A DNA stretch of 64,000 bases from Nemertoderma westbladi (lineage: Eukaryota; Animalia; Xenacoelomorpha). This document shows, piece by piece, positions 27,378 to 40,091 of this stretch. Within the stretch, counting starts at the first letter, position 1. Every line of letters begins with the position of its first letter. The position numbers and the translations under genes are program-made. Under the pieces are notes generated by a model. The model had not been told where the DNA came from and made no database searches. It worked only from the letters and a program-made list of their open reading frames with translations. The stretch is from positions 1 through 64,000 of the forward strand of contig JAUCBJ010001293.1 in assembly GCA_032718475.1 (NCBI GenBank), given 5' to 3'.

Positions 27378-27965
27378 TATAGTCGATTATATTATCTCAA
27401 GTTTTTGTCTGTCGTGCTATAAATAGTAACAATCACTCAGCAGCACAGCTGTAGGGATTCCCCGGATATTCCGCTGAAATCCGCCCAATTTAATACTTAA
27501 CCCTATTTTATTTAATTTTCATAACTTTATCAAATAATACAATATTACGCAGATACACATTGCCACATCCTCGATATAATAAATGTATGAATTACCGGGT
27601 TGAAATTAGACTTTAACATTTTATTTTATCAACCGAGTTTCAATCTATAATATCTACTGTATCAGTTCTTAGTGTTTTTATTCCGGCGACCGACGAATTA
27701 TCCCGGATATCCGAAAAACCTCTACCGACGCTTCGCAACTCACATTGTAGCAGATTTTTTTTAATTTTTATTGGTATTATTATTATTATATTATATATAT
27801 TTAAAGTTAATCAAATATTATTAATTACAATTATAATATTGGCACTTAATCAACCACTTAGTGAGATAAACAGCAAATAAGTTGAATTTAATTAGCAATA
27901 ACTCGTCGATGTCGGAATGTATTTTAATTAGTTCCGTTTGTTTTTAATTGTAGCAGTTTAAATGT

Positions 27966-28142
27966 GCTCTAACGTTTTTGTTTTTGCTCTAACGTTTTTG
28001 TTTTTGCTCTAAAGCTCTAACGTTTTTGTTTTTGCTCTAATGTTTTTGTTTTTGCTCTAAAGCTCTAACGTTTTTGTTTTTGCTCTAACGTTTTTGTTTT
28101 TGCTCTAACGTTTTTGTTTTTGCTCTAACGTTTTTGTTTTTT
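27966..28142. repeat. 20-bp minisatellite (GCTCTAACGTTTTTGTTTTT) downstream of ARHGAP39
   Basis: About 8 tandem units. Confidence 0.9.
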
Positions 28143-31100
28143 TGTCTACGTTTTTTTTTGGAACTTTTACGATGATTTTCATTTATTTTAGCTACGCGTT
28201 ATTCTCTCATTGACATAGATTACGGGTTTATTATTATATTTTGATACACTACTATGTACTGTTAGTTTTTGCTTAAGGAATACAGTGTATTTCCCAATTG
28301 ATTGTGTGTTTTTAGGTCTGCGTACCTGCGATTTATTATTTATTGCACTGCCAAACCAAAATCGCTATGTAATCTTCCCCTTTGCTATGGCAACAAACGG
28401 TATATAGTTAGAAGGATAAAAATACATTTGGTTGCTCAGGGAGATATCCTATTTATTATATTGACTTGCCCAAATCAGATAGAATTTCTTAAACTTGTTT
28501 TTTATGTTTTCAACTTCTGAAGCGTTTCCTGATGGGTTTAGTGTTTTGGTTTGTAGTTCTCCGATTGTAGATTAATTTATTTAGTATCCAAAACAATTCG
28601 GCATTGGAATTAGCTGAATTAATAAGAATCTTGGCAATAATTAATTAATATACATTTGACGTAGACTTTATGTCTATCTTAAGACTAAATTTAACTTTCA
28701 GTCCAGAATTAAATGTTTACCAAACCTAAAATTATAACAGACCCATTATTTTGCGGAGTACCGGTATTTGTAGTTTTGATCTCAATTTTATTCAGCGGAT
28801 TTCTTAAATTCGTTTAGGGTGTCCTTCGTCGTTTGTTCATATTTTCCTACAGAGTACTTATTTATTGTCAGTTACTATAAGCATCGAGTTGCATTTTATT
28901 TCGATTGTTACCATTATGGCACAGCCACTTACGTTATGGCACTGGTCATGGCGTGTTATCTAGCTTATTGGAATTAATCTAAAAATGAAAAGGTCTTCTA
29001 CTACTAGACTTATTGTCTTATTCGCATATCAATTACTTTCCTAATAAAATAAATTTTTGTGATAATATTTCGTGGTGAGCATTTGCTACTGCCATGACAA
29101 CATCTAAATAATCTAATTAATTAAACGTTGTGTCGCACATTGTGTAATAATTTTGTGTATATTTTGGTCCATACACCAATCATATCGGAGATGTTATGTT
29201 CTGTTATTGTTCGTAAAAAAAAACATACAAAGGTACAGTTCGGTTCCGTGGATGCCGTGTTTTTTTGTTATCCCTTTCAACTTTGTGCATTACGTAATGT
29301 TTTATTTCAATCCTTGTAGTTATTTATTAGATGATCACATTTATTTATAAATATATATATTGCGTCATGCCGCATGATCAAAATCTGATATACATTAGTA
29401 ACCACCAGCAACCCAACCCCCCCCCCCCCCCCATCCCCTGTAGAACCCCCTTAACTATGGCTCCATAATTTCCTTACTCCAGACACCTTTTATTCTGAAT
29501 GAATTATTTACAAAGCAGCTGTTATCTTTCATTGTGATCTCATTTGCGCAATAATTACCCCTTGCAGAGTATTCACCTGCACGGTAGTTAGTTCATTTGC
29601 CAGAACGTCATTCATTGTGAAGATAATTAGTATCAACGTCAACACTGGTTTAACTAGCCGGAGGTTTGGTGTTCTAAATCAACCGATTACATGTTGGTTA
29701 TGGAAGGAAATCCATGCCATCATGGCATGGATTTATTTAGCTCATGTTCTATCAGACATAATTATAGTTTTATAATAAAACTCTCTCGGTATGGGTTCAA
29801 TAAATACTAATTAATAATAAGAGAGTTTATGTTGTCTTGTCTACTTACATTATCTACCCATCTCATCAAGAAATAATTACTTTCTTATCTCAATATGATA
29901 TATAATAATAGTTGAACTCTTGTGTTTGTAAGCAACCGGAGGGGGTATTGAACATTGGGGCATAAACTGACTGCCCATTAGCTTTTTATTTGGCCAAATG
30001 AGCGATATCCCGCTTAGTAATTCAATATGCGACAAGTTATATGCGCTGCGGTTGGTTTCTACGTATAAGTCGTTCTAAAAAATATGTTTCTTAGAAATTA
30101 ACGTTGATTTGTTGTTCGGTTAATAATGTCTTACCAACATAGAACACCGCTGGGCTCCGATCTCAGATAACATTCTCACAATCTGTTAGATAACGCGTTG
30201 CCCCTAAATAATGTCGTTATCGATTTGCTTATGGGTTGGCCGGTAGATTCTGAGTACCAGAGCTTCTACTGTACACCGAATTACACAAGTAAAGAGCCCC
30301 AGGGTAACTCCAATATGGGTTGCAAATTCCTGAACCCAGGTTAACGCTCTCTCCTTAGCTTTCTGCCTCCCTGTAGAACCGAAATTCCATGAAGATTTGT
30401 AGCCCAGGAGGTTCGCATCACCTCATAAACGGTGATTAGGGTTGCTTCAATGGGCACCGAAGGGCCCATGTTCGCCCCAAACAGCATGAGGTTTTGACGT
30501 CGATTCGATTTATAGCAACCAAGCGCAATGAAAATGTTGACCCGTTTTCCAGAAGATAAGGAAATGTCATCTTTTGTAAATGGAAATAAACTCTAGTCCA
30601 GTAATTGGATTTTTATCGAATTTCCTCGTGACATAAGGGTTGTGGAATGTGTACAATGCAGAAAATCTTCGAACTACATCCACCAGGCAACCATTAGTGC
30701 TTCCAATTGTTCCTAATCGAACACACATGGTTGTTAGTAGCAATAATAATATGCAGATATAAGCTGCAGTTATGTTTTTATTGCATGCCATTGTATGATT
30801 ACTATGTGAGAGTGAGCGTGATTGTGAACTGGAATGGAATGAAATGCTAATAGGAGATGATGGATGGGTAATGTTTTGAGACATTCTACAGACGAGACTG
30901 TATTAACTGAAAAATATAAACCATATGTTTTCAATGACTGGGTTCAATCAATCAATACTTGGTTTGGTCGGTAAACTTTGAACATTTTCTATGTGTTTGT
31001 GGAGTTCCCAATATCGGCGACACGTTCACCATGTGGTATATATTGCTCGCAGCTACTTAATGGATATTATATTTTGTGCCTTATATAAATAGCTAACGGT

Positions 31101-33714
31101 AACAGATCCATTGAACGCCGTCCGTCCTTCCGTATATTGGGCGTCTCGTCTAAGCTCGACCCAATGAACCTACATGTAGAGCTAATAATAGGCCCATGAT
31201 AAGTGGGCGAGTAGAATGGAGGTCATGGACCCAGATAACGGTTTTACATGATTCTCTAGGCTCCCTCGCACGCGTTACTGCAGCCACAATAGGCATCTCT
31301 AGGCGACTAGTAAATCGCCGCTGGCGCCATAGGGCATTCGATCCGCCCGTCATCCCGACTGCATCGGCGCCATTGGTAACCACGTACTTACTGCCCTTGT
31401 AGGCAGCCAACAAACACTTCAACACTTGTAATTATGTGGTTCGACGACCTTTTATCTGACCTCATTCGCTACAGAGAATAGGCCCTGTTGCCCCTGGCAT
31501 ACAACTTATCACTATCCCAGCTTCTCAACACCCAAGTTAATCTTTTTTGCTTTGAGGGATTGTAGCAATCAATGACCCCATTAAATAATTGGAAAATTCC
31601 TCGGTTCTGCAACTCAGATCACAGGTGACAATATTGTTTTTTTTCTCCAGAGTTAACGTTTAATCTAGTTGATGGCAACTGATTGATAGAATCCCTTAGA
31701 GCTCTCTTTCTGCTCGTTTAGTCGTTTATTGTTTCGCAATTCTCAATCAACGCAGCGGTGAAAACAAACTTACTCGCTCATATGAGTGAGTCACTATATT
31801 CTGTTCTGTATACTAGCAAGTCTCACTTTGTTCAAGGAAAGGACGTTATACGCTAATTCGAGGCAATCGTACGCCACACAATAGGTATAACTTGTTGTCA
31901 GCGAAACATTTTGACAACTCCAGCTCATTCAATTCTACCACCTAAAAGCTCTTGAGTTAGTTGAGTTACTTTGTATACTGCTAATTTAACTTTTATCGCG
32001 CCTTAAAATAGAATATAGGCAGGCCCTTATTAAAGATGACTTGTGTCCTAATTAGTTTAGACTATTCAATCTAAACCGGGCGCCTAAAAACTGCATAACG
32101 ATTTGTTTTGTATTGCCAATGTCCCTGGCTCTATAGTTAGACTCTCAAGGTTCAAGTATCTTTGCCTCACGGACGCAACAAACTACTCAATTAACTGGCT
32201 CACACAATGTCCCACCCAAAGTAGCGCACTCCAATAAACCTTTAAGATTGTTTATAAAAATATATGTGTCGTGTATTGGGTATTGAGCGTTAACGACCCA
32301 ATCACCAATAATACCATATGTTACCGTGACAATAATTACTTATAACATTAATGTAGTTAACCCGCGCTGATACTTCAAGGGAGATTTAATTTCGATTTGG
32401 TTGTGGCTTAAATGAATCCATGATATAACGCATTCAGCCTATAGATTCATTGTCTTCCGGCCCCGTGTCCTTGTTTCCGCTCATTGGTCACGCATTTGGG
32501 CAGTGCGTCACCACCGTAATCACACGCACGGCCTTACTTAATGCCCATTGCGGTTACTAATGCGTATATATATATACTGCCAATACCACGGCGGGGTATC
32601 TATGGCTGTACGTACGTGCCAGCTGCAGGGCCGCTTTGTGCTTGTTTCACACGTAATTTTATCGTTCCAGTAATTCCCTAGCTTTGTCCGCGAATGGTAC
32701 CAGTTACTTGCACAGTTATTTTCGGAGGCCTTCAATTTATTTGCACGTGGAAATGGACTGTAATCAGGTTGGGAAACCATCTTTGAGCCGACACAACCTA
32801 CGCTTCTTACATCCGAGGTAATTTACTCTTATTTCGGAGGTAGAATTCTGGCTTCCTGCTGCGTGTGCCTCCAAGCCGATATTGGATTAGGCTACGATGT
32901 GTGTTGTGGTTCCGCGCTGTTGTAGGAGGGGTGGCCCATTTGAGGCGCTTCCATTCTACCACTAGGATGGGGTCTCGCTAACAGGGCCACACTCTCCCAC
33001 TCACCTCGTTAGCCGTACTTCGGTTATTAGATTGAGAAAATACCGTCCCATTAAGTTCATTAGGTATTCGAACCCCCTTCAAGAATCCCCTTATAAATGA
33101 AGTCACAGTATTCACTGAGGTTTTAATTATTTAAACTAGTGGACCGTTAAGTATGCTGAATCACGATATAATAAAGTTACAAACCTTATAAGAGTATCAC
33201 AGGACGCTCCATTCCCTTTTTGTGGCAAAATGATGTTTAAAGACACATTTTAACGTTTCCCAAACTACGAAAGCATCAATCATGATTCTTTTACGCTGAA
33301 TTCTACTATTATTACGATGTTAATGAAATGATATTCAAAGTTTCCTATAGAGTCCTGCATCATTGCATGACAAAAAGTAGTACTTTTTATATAATATTAT
33401 GATGTTTTTAATGTTACCACGCTGTTTATATAAATTGCACATTTCATACTAAACTATTTAGATTAGTTGGTCTAAATATGATATCCCACTCCATAGCGAA
33501 ATATTCATCCGATCTGATAGCTCAGTACACACACCCGGCTGATGATAACCGGAAGTTTGAACACTATGGAGAGCATTATCATATTGTCCTATTTATTACA
33601 TTGTATATTTAAATTCACCGTCACTCACCCCACAACAATTCATTTATTATTATTCATTAACAGCCTGGGCCAGGCATACGGGGTTACAGTGGTTTCTACA
33701 ACTGTTTCCTTAAG

Positions 33715-34650
33715 GAATGCCTGGTGATTTTCCACAGTAAACCCTTCCACTCTGTTTCCTAAAGGCATGCCTTTTCACCACCATGGGTGATCTTCCACAG
33801 TTAACCTTTCCACTCTGTTTCCTAAAGGAATGCCCTCTTACCACCATGGGTGATCTTCCACAGTAAACTCTTCCACTCTGTTTCCCAAAGGAATGCCTGT
33901 CCACCACTATGGGTGATCTTCCACAGTAAACCCTCCACTCTGTTTCCTAAAGGCCTGCCTATTCACCACCATGGGTGATCTTCCACAGTAAACCCTTCCA
34001 CTCTGTTTCATAAAGGAATGCCTGTTCACCAATCCACCATATGGGTGATCTTTCACAGTAAACCCTTCCACTGTTTCCTAAAGGAATGTCTGTTCACCAC
34101 CATTGGTTATCTTCCACAGTAAACACTTCCACTCTGTTTTCTAAATGCCTGCATGTTCACCGCCATGGGTGATCTTCCACAGTAACCCCTTCCACTCTGT
34201 TTCCTAAAGGAATGCCTGTCCACAACCATGGGTGATCTTCCACAGTAAACACTTCCACTCTGTTTCCTAAAGGAATGCCTGCTCACCACCATGGGTGATC
34301 TTCCACAGTAAACCCTCCACTCTGTTTCCTAAAAGCCTGCCTGTTCACCACCATGGGTGATCTTCCACAATAAACCCTTCCACTCTGTTTCCTAAAGGAA
34401 TGCCTGTTCACCAATCCACCATGGGTGATCTTCCACAGTAAACCCTTCCACTGTTTCCTAAAGGAATGTCTGTTCACCACCATTGGTTATCTTCCACAGT
34501 AAACCCTTGCACTCTGTTTTCTGAAAGCCTGTCTGTTCACCACCATGGGTGATTTTCCACAGTAAACCCTTCCACTCTGTTTCCTAAAGGCGTGCCTATT
34601 CATCGCCATGGGTGATCTTCCACAATAAACCATTCCACTCTGTTTCCCAA
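33715..34650. repeat. 63-bp minisatellite (CCATGGGTGATCTTCCACAGTAAACCCTTCCACTCTGTTTCCTAAAGGAATGCCTGTTCACCA)
   Basis: CCATGGG at 33781 and 33844 and onward; about 15 units. Confidence 0.93.
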
Positions 34651-35854
34651 GTAGCCTTGGTTCCCATTTATCGAGCAGTGAAGGATGAAAGCCTCAGGTC
34701 TGTACAGCATTTAAAGCACTGGGCCCAAACAGTTCTTTTTAACAATAACGATTATCTAATCTTATATTTTGAAATACGTGACTTCGTTTGATTACTTATA
34801 TATACCGAAGTTAGTAACAGAACATTGGCTTCCGTTTGTAGTAGTTGGCAACCCCGCTTACAGATCAATAATTTATTCCGATCTCCATCTCCAATTCGGG
34901 TTTAGCTATAATCTCCGCGATTGTAATTCAACCGGGGGACACATATTATATTCTCAATGAGTTCGGAAAACATATCAACATAAAAGGTGGTCGGGTGACC
35001 GGTGAAGCCCGGGTTAGGGATAGTGATTAGTAATCTTTAGGTCAGTTTATTACCTTGTATGGTACCTGGAGTGTAGCTGAGTATTTAAGGATAATACTAA
35101 ATCGTGACAACAGATAAATATTTGGGACGTAAAAACGTATTGTATGTAGTGAAAACAGTAGAAAACAGATCTACAGTATATCAGATAAAAAAACCGTTTG
35201 GTAAATATAGAATTGAATTAAGTTAGCCTATTATAATAGGCTAGATTTACCATTCATTCTCTGGGGTTGAGTGGATTGGGTCCTTTGGTCTGGTGTCAAA
35301 TGGGTCTAGTCCACTTTTTTAAATTCCAGAAGTTCCGTCTAACGAGGTAAAAATTAACCTACTTATTGTCTATATATCACTGTCATCCATTTTCAAGATC
35401 CCCAACTATAACATGGTTATAAAACAGCATATTATTGACAATATTAATTGACCAATATACGCGTACAATAAGGACCCCCTTGGAAATAAGCTGCAAAGCT
35501 TTAGGGGTAATCCTATATGTTATGTTGGACAATACCTTTATACCGGTACATTGTTTGGTGTATTTGTTATTGTTTTTACATAATGTATAAATAAATCTAT
35601 CTATCTACAATATACATCATTACTAATTTAATAATTATCAGTAACTACAGTACTGTCGTAGATATTTGAGATGAGATTGGTGTAGTAAACTTATTAATTA
35701 ACTGTACTGATACTGGCAGGATACTGGCGGGTAGTAATTAACGATTAATATATTTAGGTTATAAATTTACACCATGTCTTAACATAGATAAGTTTTACCT
35801 CACTCCTAGTTTGTGGGTGAGCCAGAATTGTTATTTTCGCTTTCAATCTTTAAG

Positions 35855-36885
35855 TGTTTGAAAAAAGTGTCTCCGGCAACATTGCACCAGTCGTACTGCA
35901 GTTATTCTCCAATCTAGTAATATGTTGATAGCATTGGAAAACTGGTCATGCAAGGATTCCAAATATGTAAAAAATATTTGCATTTGGTTGGGAAATAGCT
36001 CAGTTATGGGCATTCGAAAGTATTTGTATTATATTTTATTCCGCTGGCATGCCATGTATTCTATTTAATAAAATACACAATATTCTGGAACATTTTGTTT
36101 ATGTAAGAATATCTACTTACCACAAGAAGGTGTACTATAATTATTTATTGCATGGCAAAAGGAGTACTCCAGGTAGGTAGCCATGGGGAAAATGTATAAC
36201 TTTCTTTCATTATTCTCGAGGCATTTTATTTACCGAGCATTAGCGAGGTTAATAATGGGTCGATACTTTTTGTTGCTCATTTCTTTAATAAAACATAGAG
36301 CGATATAACGTTACAAAATAAATTGAACTGCAGTATTTTACTTTATTGCTTCCATAGTTACTGCGATTCCAATTATTGTACTCTTCAACTCCTGATGCTG
36401 CCTTACTCAATGTTAAATAATTTGGTATTCTCGAATATGTATTACGTGAGAGCCGCTTAACAGCATATCCGTTTTGGAGTGGGCCTAGGCCGCGCAGACA
36501 CTAAATGTGCAATAACTTTTGAGTGCGTGCAGGATTTTTGGTCAAATTACCTGCAAACCTTTTCTTCGTCCATGCTCTTTCAACACATGTAATAAAATTT
36601 GAGAAATTCCACCACGAGTTGTTGTTGACAGTAAGACAGCTGACTTCTAGAACATTATGTATTTAATAAATAGAACAAATAAATAGCCAGCAGCGGAAGC
36701 AAATACATGCAACTTTGGAATGCCCATATCTCAGCTATTTCTCAACCAAATTCAAATATGTTTACATATTTTAAGTCCTTGCACATTCCACGGCCAGCTA
36801 TCCATTGCTACCAAATCACAATAAGATTGAAGAATAACTGCAATACGACTGGTGCAATATCACCTGAAACATTTTTTAATGCTTT
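35855..36885. mobile_element. Old non-autonomous TIR element (~170-bp diverged TIRs)
   Basis: ATTGCACCAGTCGTACTGCAGTTATTCTCCAATCT (~35881) vs AGATTGAAGAATAACTGCAATACGACTGGTGCAAT (~36825-36859). Termini uncertain. Confidence 0.6.
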
Positions 36886-38274
36886 TTTGTAGCCCTGGGG
36901 TAGGGAGGGGGGGGGGGGGGGGGGGGGGGCAGGTACCTGAATAACGACACTATATTCCAGGACATTGTGTATATGGGATGGAGGGGGGGGGGGGGGGGGG
37001 GGGGCAGGTAGGTACCTGAATAACGACACTATATTCCAGGACATGGTGTATTTGGTATTGTTTTTTAATGTGCTGTATTATTGCGAGAGTTATATCAAAT
37101 TTTTAACAACACGTATGTGGGAGCGAGCATACGTGTCAAATATAAATTTAAGTCAAGATATTAAATCTTTGACAATAAAGAAATACTTCATTAACCTCAT
37201 TATATAAACAGTGTCATTCCGTCCCTTGGTTAGGTGACTGCATTTTATCCAAATTAATTGAAGTTTGGATACCTTTATACTGTACAATAGGTTGATGAAA
37301 AATTACAAATAAATTTTTCAAAATTTTTAATTTTTTACCTAAATAACATTTATGCCATTATTATTTATTAAATGCAAACGATCTTAGATGGATTGTCTTC
37401 AAGTACCCAAAATTTCATCACTTGTGCACAATGGGGTCATGAAACGACTGTATTACCAGAATTTCGATAAATGCTAAATGTTTAAAAATTATTTGATAAA
37501 AAAACAATTTTTTGACACATTTTGCCATTTTGACATTTTTTTACATATTTTTCAGCAATCACAAACAAATTGAAAAAAAATTGTAATAGGTTTTAAGCAT
37601 CACCCATTCATCATACTTACCAAATTCCACGCGAATTCGTTTATTTTTGGAAAAGCCTTTGCAATTTGAAATTTATAAATTGCATTCGGCAGAAAAAGCA
37701 CCTAAAGTTTATGGTAAGGGTAATTGAATTAAGTCCGTCCATTGCAATGTTAGAATGCACACAACAACCCAGCTGAAACTTTTGTTGCAAGTGTTTCGGG
37801 TTAATTCTGATGACACTTTTCTCATTTGACAGCGTCTTGTAAAAAATAAAAATGAACTATGAAAATAAACTAAAAAAAAAAACTATAACCGACAGCTTAA
37901 CAGAGAAACAGACAATGTGGACCTTCCCTTATATTTTTACAGACACACCGACCGACAGACTTAATCGACTTCGCCAAAAAAGAACACTGACATCGGAAAT
38001 AAAAGCAGCGACCAGGAAAACCACAACAAATAATACGTTTTAGCTAGTTGGTGTATGTTCTTATATTTTTGCAGACAGATCGTCAAACGGACAGACAGAC
38101 TGACATAGAGACAATAGTTTTCGTTAAACGTGAAAACTGACGTTCTGATTGAAATCTGCGATCAGAATGAACCCCCATAACAAAACTTTGAGCTAGGATG
38201 AATGACAGACAAACCGTCAGAAACACAATCCCAGACAGACACTTAAACAGAGTATGGTTACCATTATTACTCAT

Positions 38275-40017
38275 GGGTGTAAACGTTACACCGACAGCAG
38301 AGAACCGACAGCAGACAACCGATAGAAGACAACCGAAAGCAGATAACCGACGGTTTTCACTTTTCGGTCTATATATATATACCGGTATATGAAGAATTTG
38401 TATTTGTTTTAAGTATATGGTGTATTTATTAAATAGAATATAATAGCCCAGCGCTGATCGAAACCATGCAACTTTTGAACACCCGCCTCAGCTATTTTTC
38501 AACTGCTGTTGGTTATCTGCTGTCGGTTGTCTGCTTTCTGTTGTCTGCTGTTGGTTATCTGCTGTTGGCTGTCGGTTGTCTGCTGTCGGTTGTTGCTGTC
38601 GGTCAGTCTGCTGTCGGTTGTCTGCTGTCGGTTGTCTACTGCTCGGTTGTCTGCTGTCGGTTGTTCTGCTTGTCGGTTGTCTGCTGTCGGTTGTCTGCTG
38701 TCGGTTGTCTGCTGTCTGTTGTCTGCTGTCGGTTTCTGCTGTCTGGCTGTCGGTTGTCTGCTGTCGATTGGTTATGCTGTCGGTTGTCAGCTGTCGGGTT
38801 GTCTGCTGTCACTGTCGGTTGTCTGCTGTCGGTTGTCTGCTGTCGGTTGTCTGCTGTCGGTTGTCTGCTGTCGGTTGTCTATGCTGTCAGCTGTCGGTTG
38901 TCTGCTGTCGGTTGTCTGCTGTCGGTTGTCTGCTGTCGGTTGTCTGCTGTCGGTTGTCCTGTCGGTGTCGGTTGTCTGCTGTCGGTTGTTACTGTCGAGT
39001 TGTCTGCTGCCGGTTGTCTGCTGTCGGTTGTCTGCTGTCGGTTGTCTGCTGTCGGTTGTCTGCTGTTGGCTGTCGGTTGTCTGCTGTCGTTTATCTGCTG
39101 TCGGTTGTCAGCTGTCGGTTGTCTGCTGTCGGTTGTCTGCTGTCGGTTGTCTGCTGTCGGTTATCTGCTGTCGGTTGTCTGCTGTCGGTTGTCTGCTGTC
39201 GGTTGTCTGCTGTCAGTTGTCAGCTGTATGCTGCGTTGTCATGCTGTCGGTTGTCTGCTGTCGGTTGTCTGCTGTCGGTTGTCTGCTGTCGGTTGTCTCT
39301 GTCGGTTGTCTGCTGTCCGTTGTCTACTGTCGTTGTCTGCTGTCGGTTGTCTGCTGTCGGTTGTCTGCTGCCGGTTGTCTGCTGTCGGTTGTCAGCTGTC
39401 GGTTGTCTGCTGTCGTTTATCTGCTGTCAGTTGTCAGCTGTGGGTTGTCTGCTGTCAGTTTTCAGCTGTCGGTTGTCTGCTTCGTTGCAGCTGTCGGTTA
39501 TCATGCTGTCGGTTGTCTGCTGTCGGTTGTCTGCTGTCGGTTGTCTGCTGTCAGTTGTCAGGTACGGTTGTCCACTGTCGGTTGTCTGCTGCCGGTTGTC
39601 TGCTGTCGGTTGTCTGCTGTCGGTTGTTTGCTGTCGGTTGTCAGCTGTCGGTTGTCTGCTGTCGGTTGTCTGCTGTCGGTTATATGTTGACGGTTGTCTG
39701 CTACCGGTTGTCTGCTGTCGGTTGTCTGCTGTCGGTTTTCTGCTGTCGGTTGTCTGCTGTCGGTTGTCTAATGTCGGTTTTCAGCTGTCGGTTGTCTGCT
39801 GTCGGTTATCTGCTGTCTGTTATATGCTGTCGGTTGTCTGCAGTCGGTTGTCTGCTGTCGGTTGTCTGCTGTCGGTTGTCTGCTGTCGGTTGTCTGCTGT
39901 CGGTTGTATGCTGTCGGTTGTCTACTGTCGGTTATCAGCTGTCGGTTGTCTGCTGTTGGTTGGCTGCTGTCGGTTGTATGCTGTAGGTTGTCTGCTGCCG
40001 GAGTGACGTTTACACCC
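38275..40017. mobile_element. Foldback element whose right arm is expanded into a 14-bp satellite
   Basis: GGGTGTAAACGTTACACCGACAGCAG vs CTGCTGCCGGAGTGACGTTTACACCC. About 4 units in the left arm vs about 100 in the right. TSD not clean. Confidence 0.8.
38500..39998. repeat. 14-bp minisatellite (CTGCTGTCGGTTGT)
   Basis: Direct tandem; the Cys/Leu/Val-rich ORFs are its translations. Confidence 0.95.
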
Positions 40018-40091
40018 ATCACTTTGTTTCCAATATTAGTGGACATGTTATTTATGGTTCGATTGGAAATTTTCTGTAGCCTACTTCCATC

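Noticed and set aside
38466-40006. Cys-rich 400-500 aa ORFs resembling keratin-associated or metallothionein proteins
   Set aside because: All three frames give the same 14-aa repeat of a 14-bp satellite inside a TIR element.
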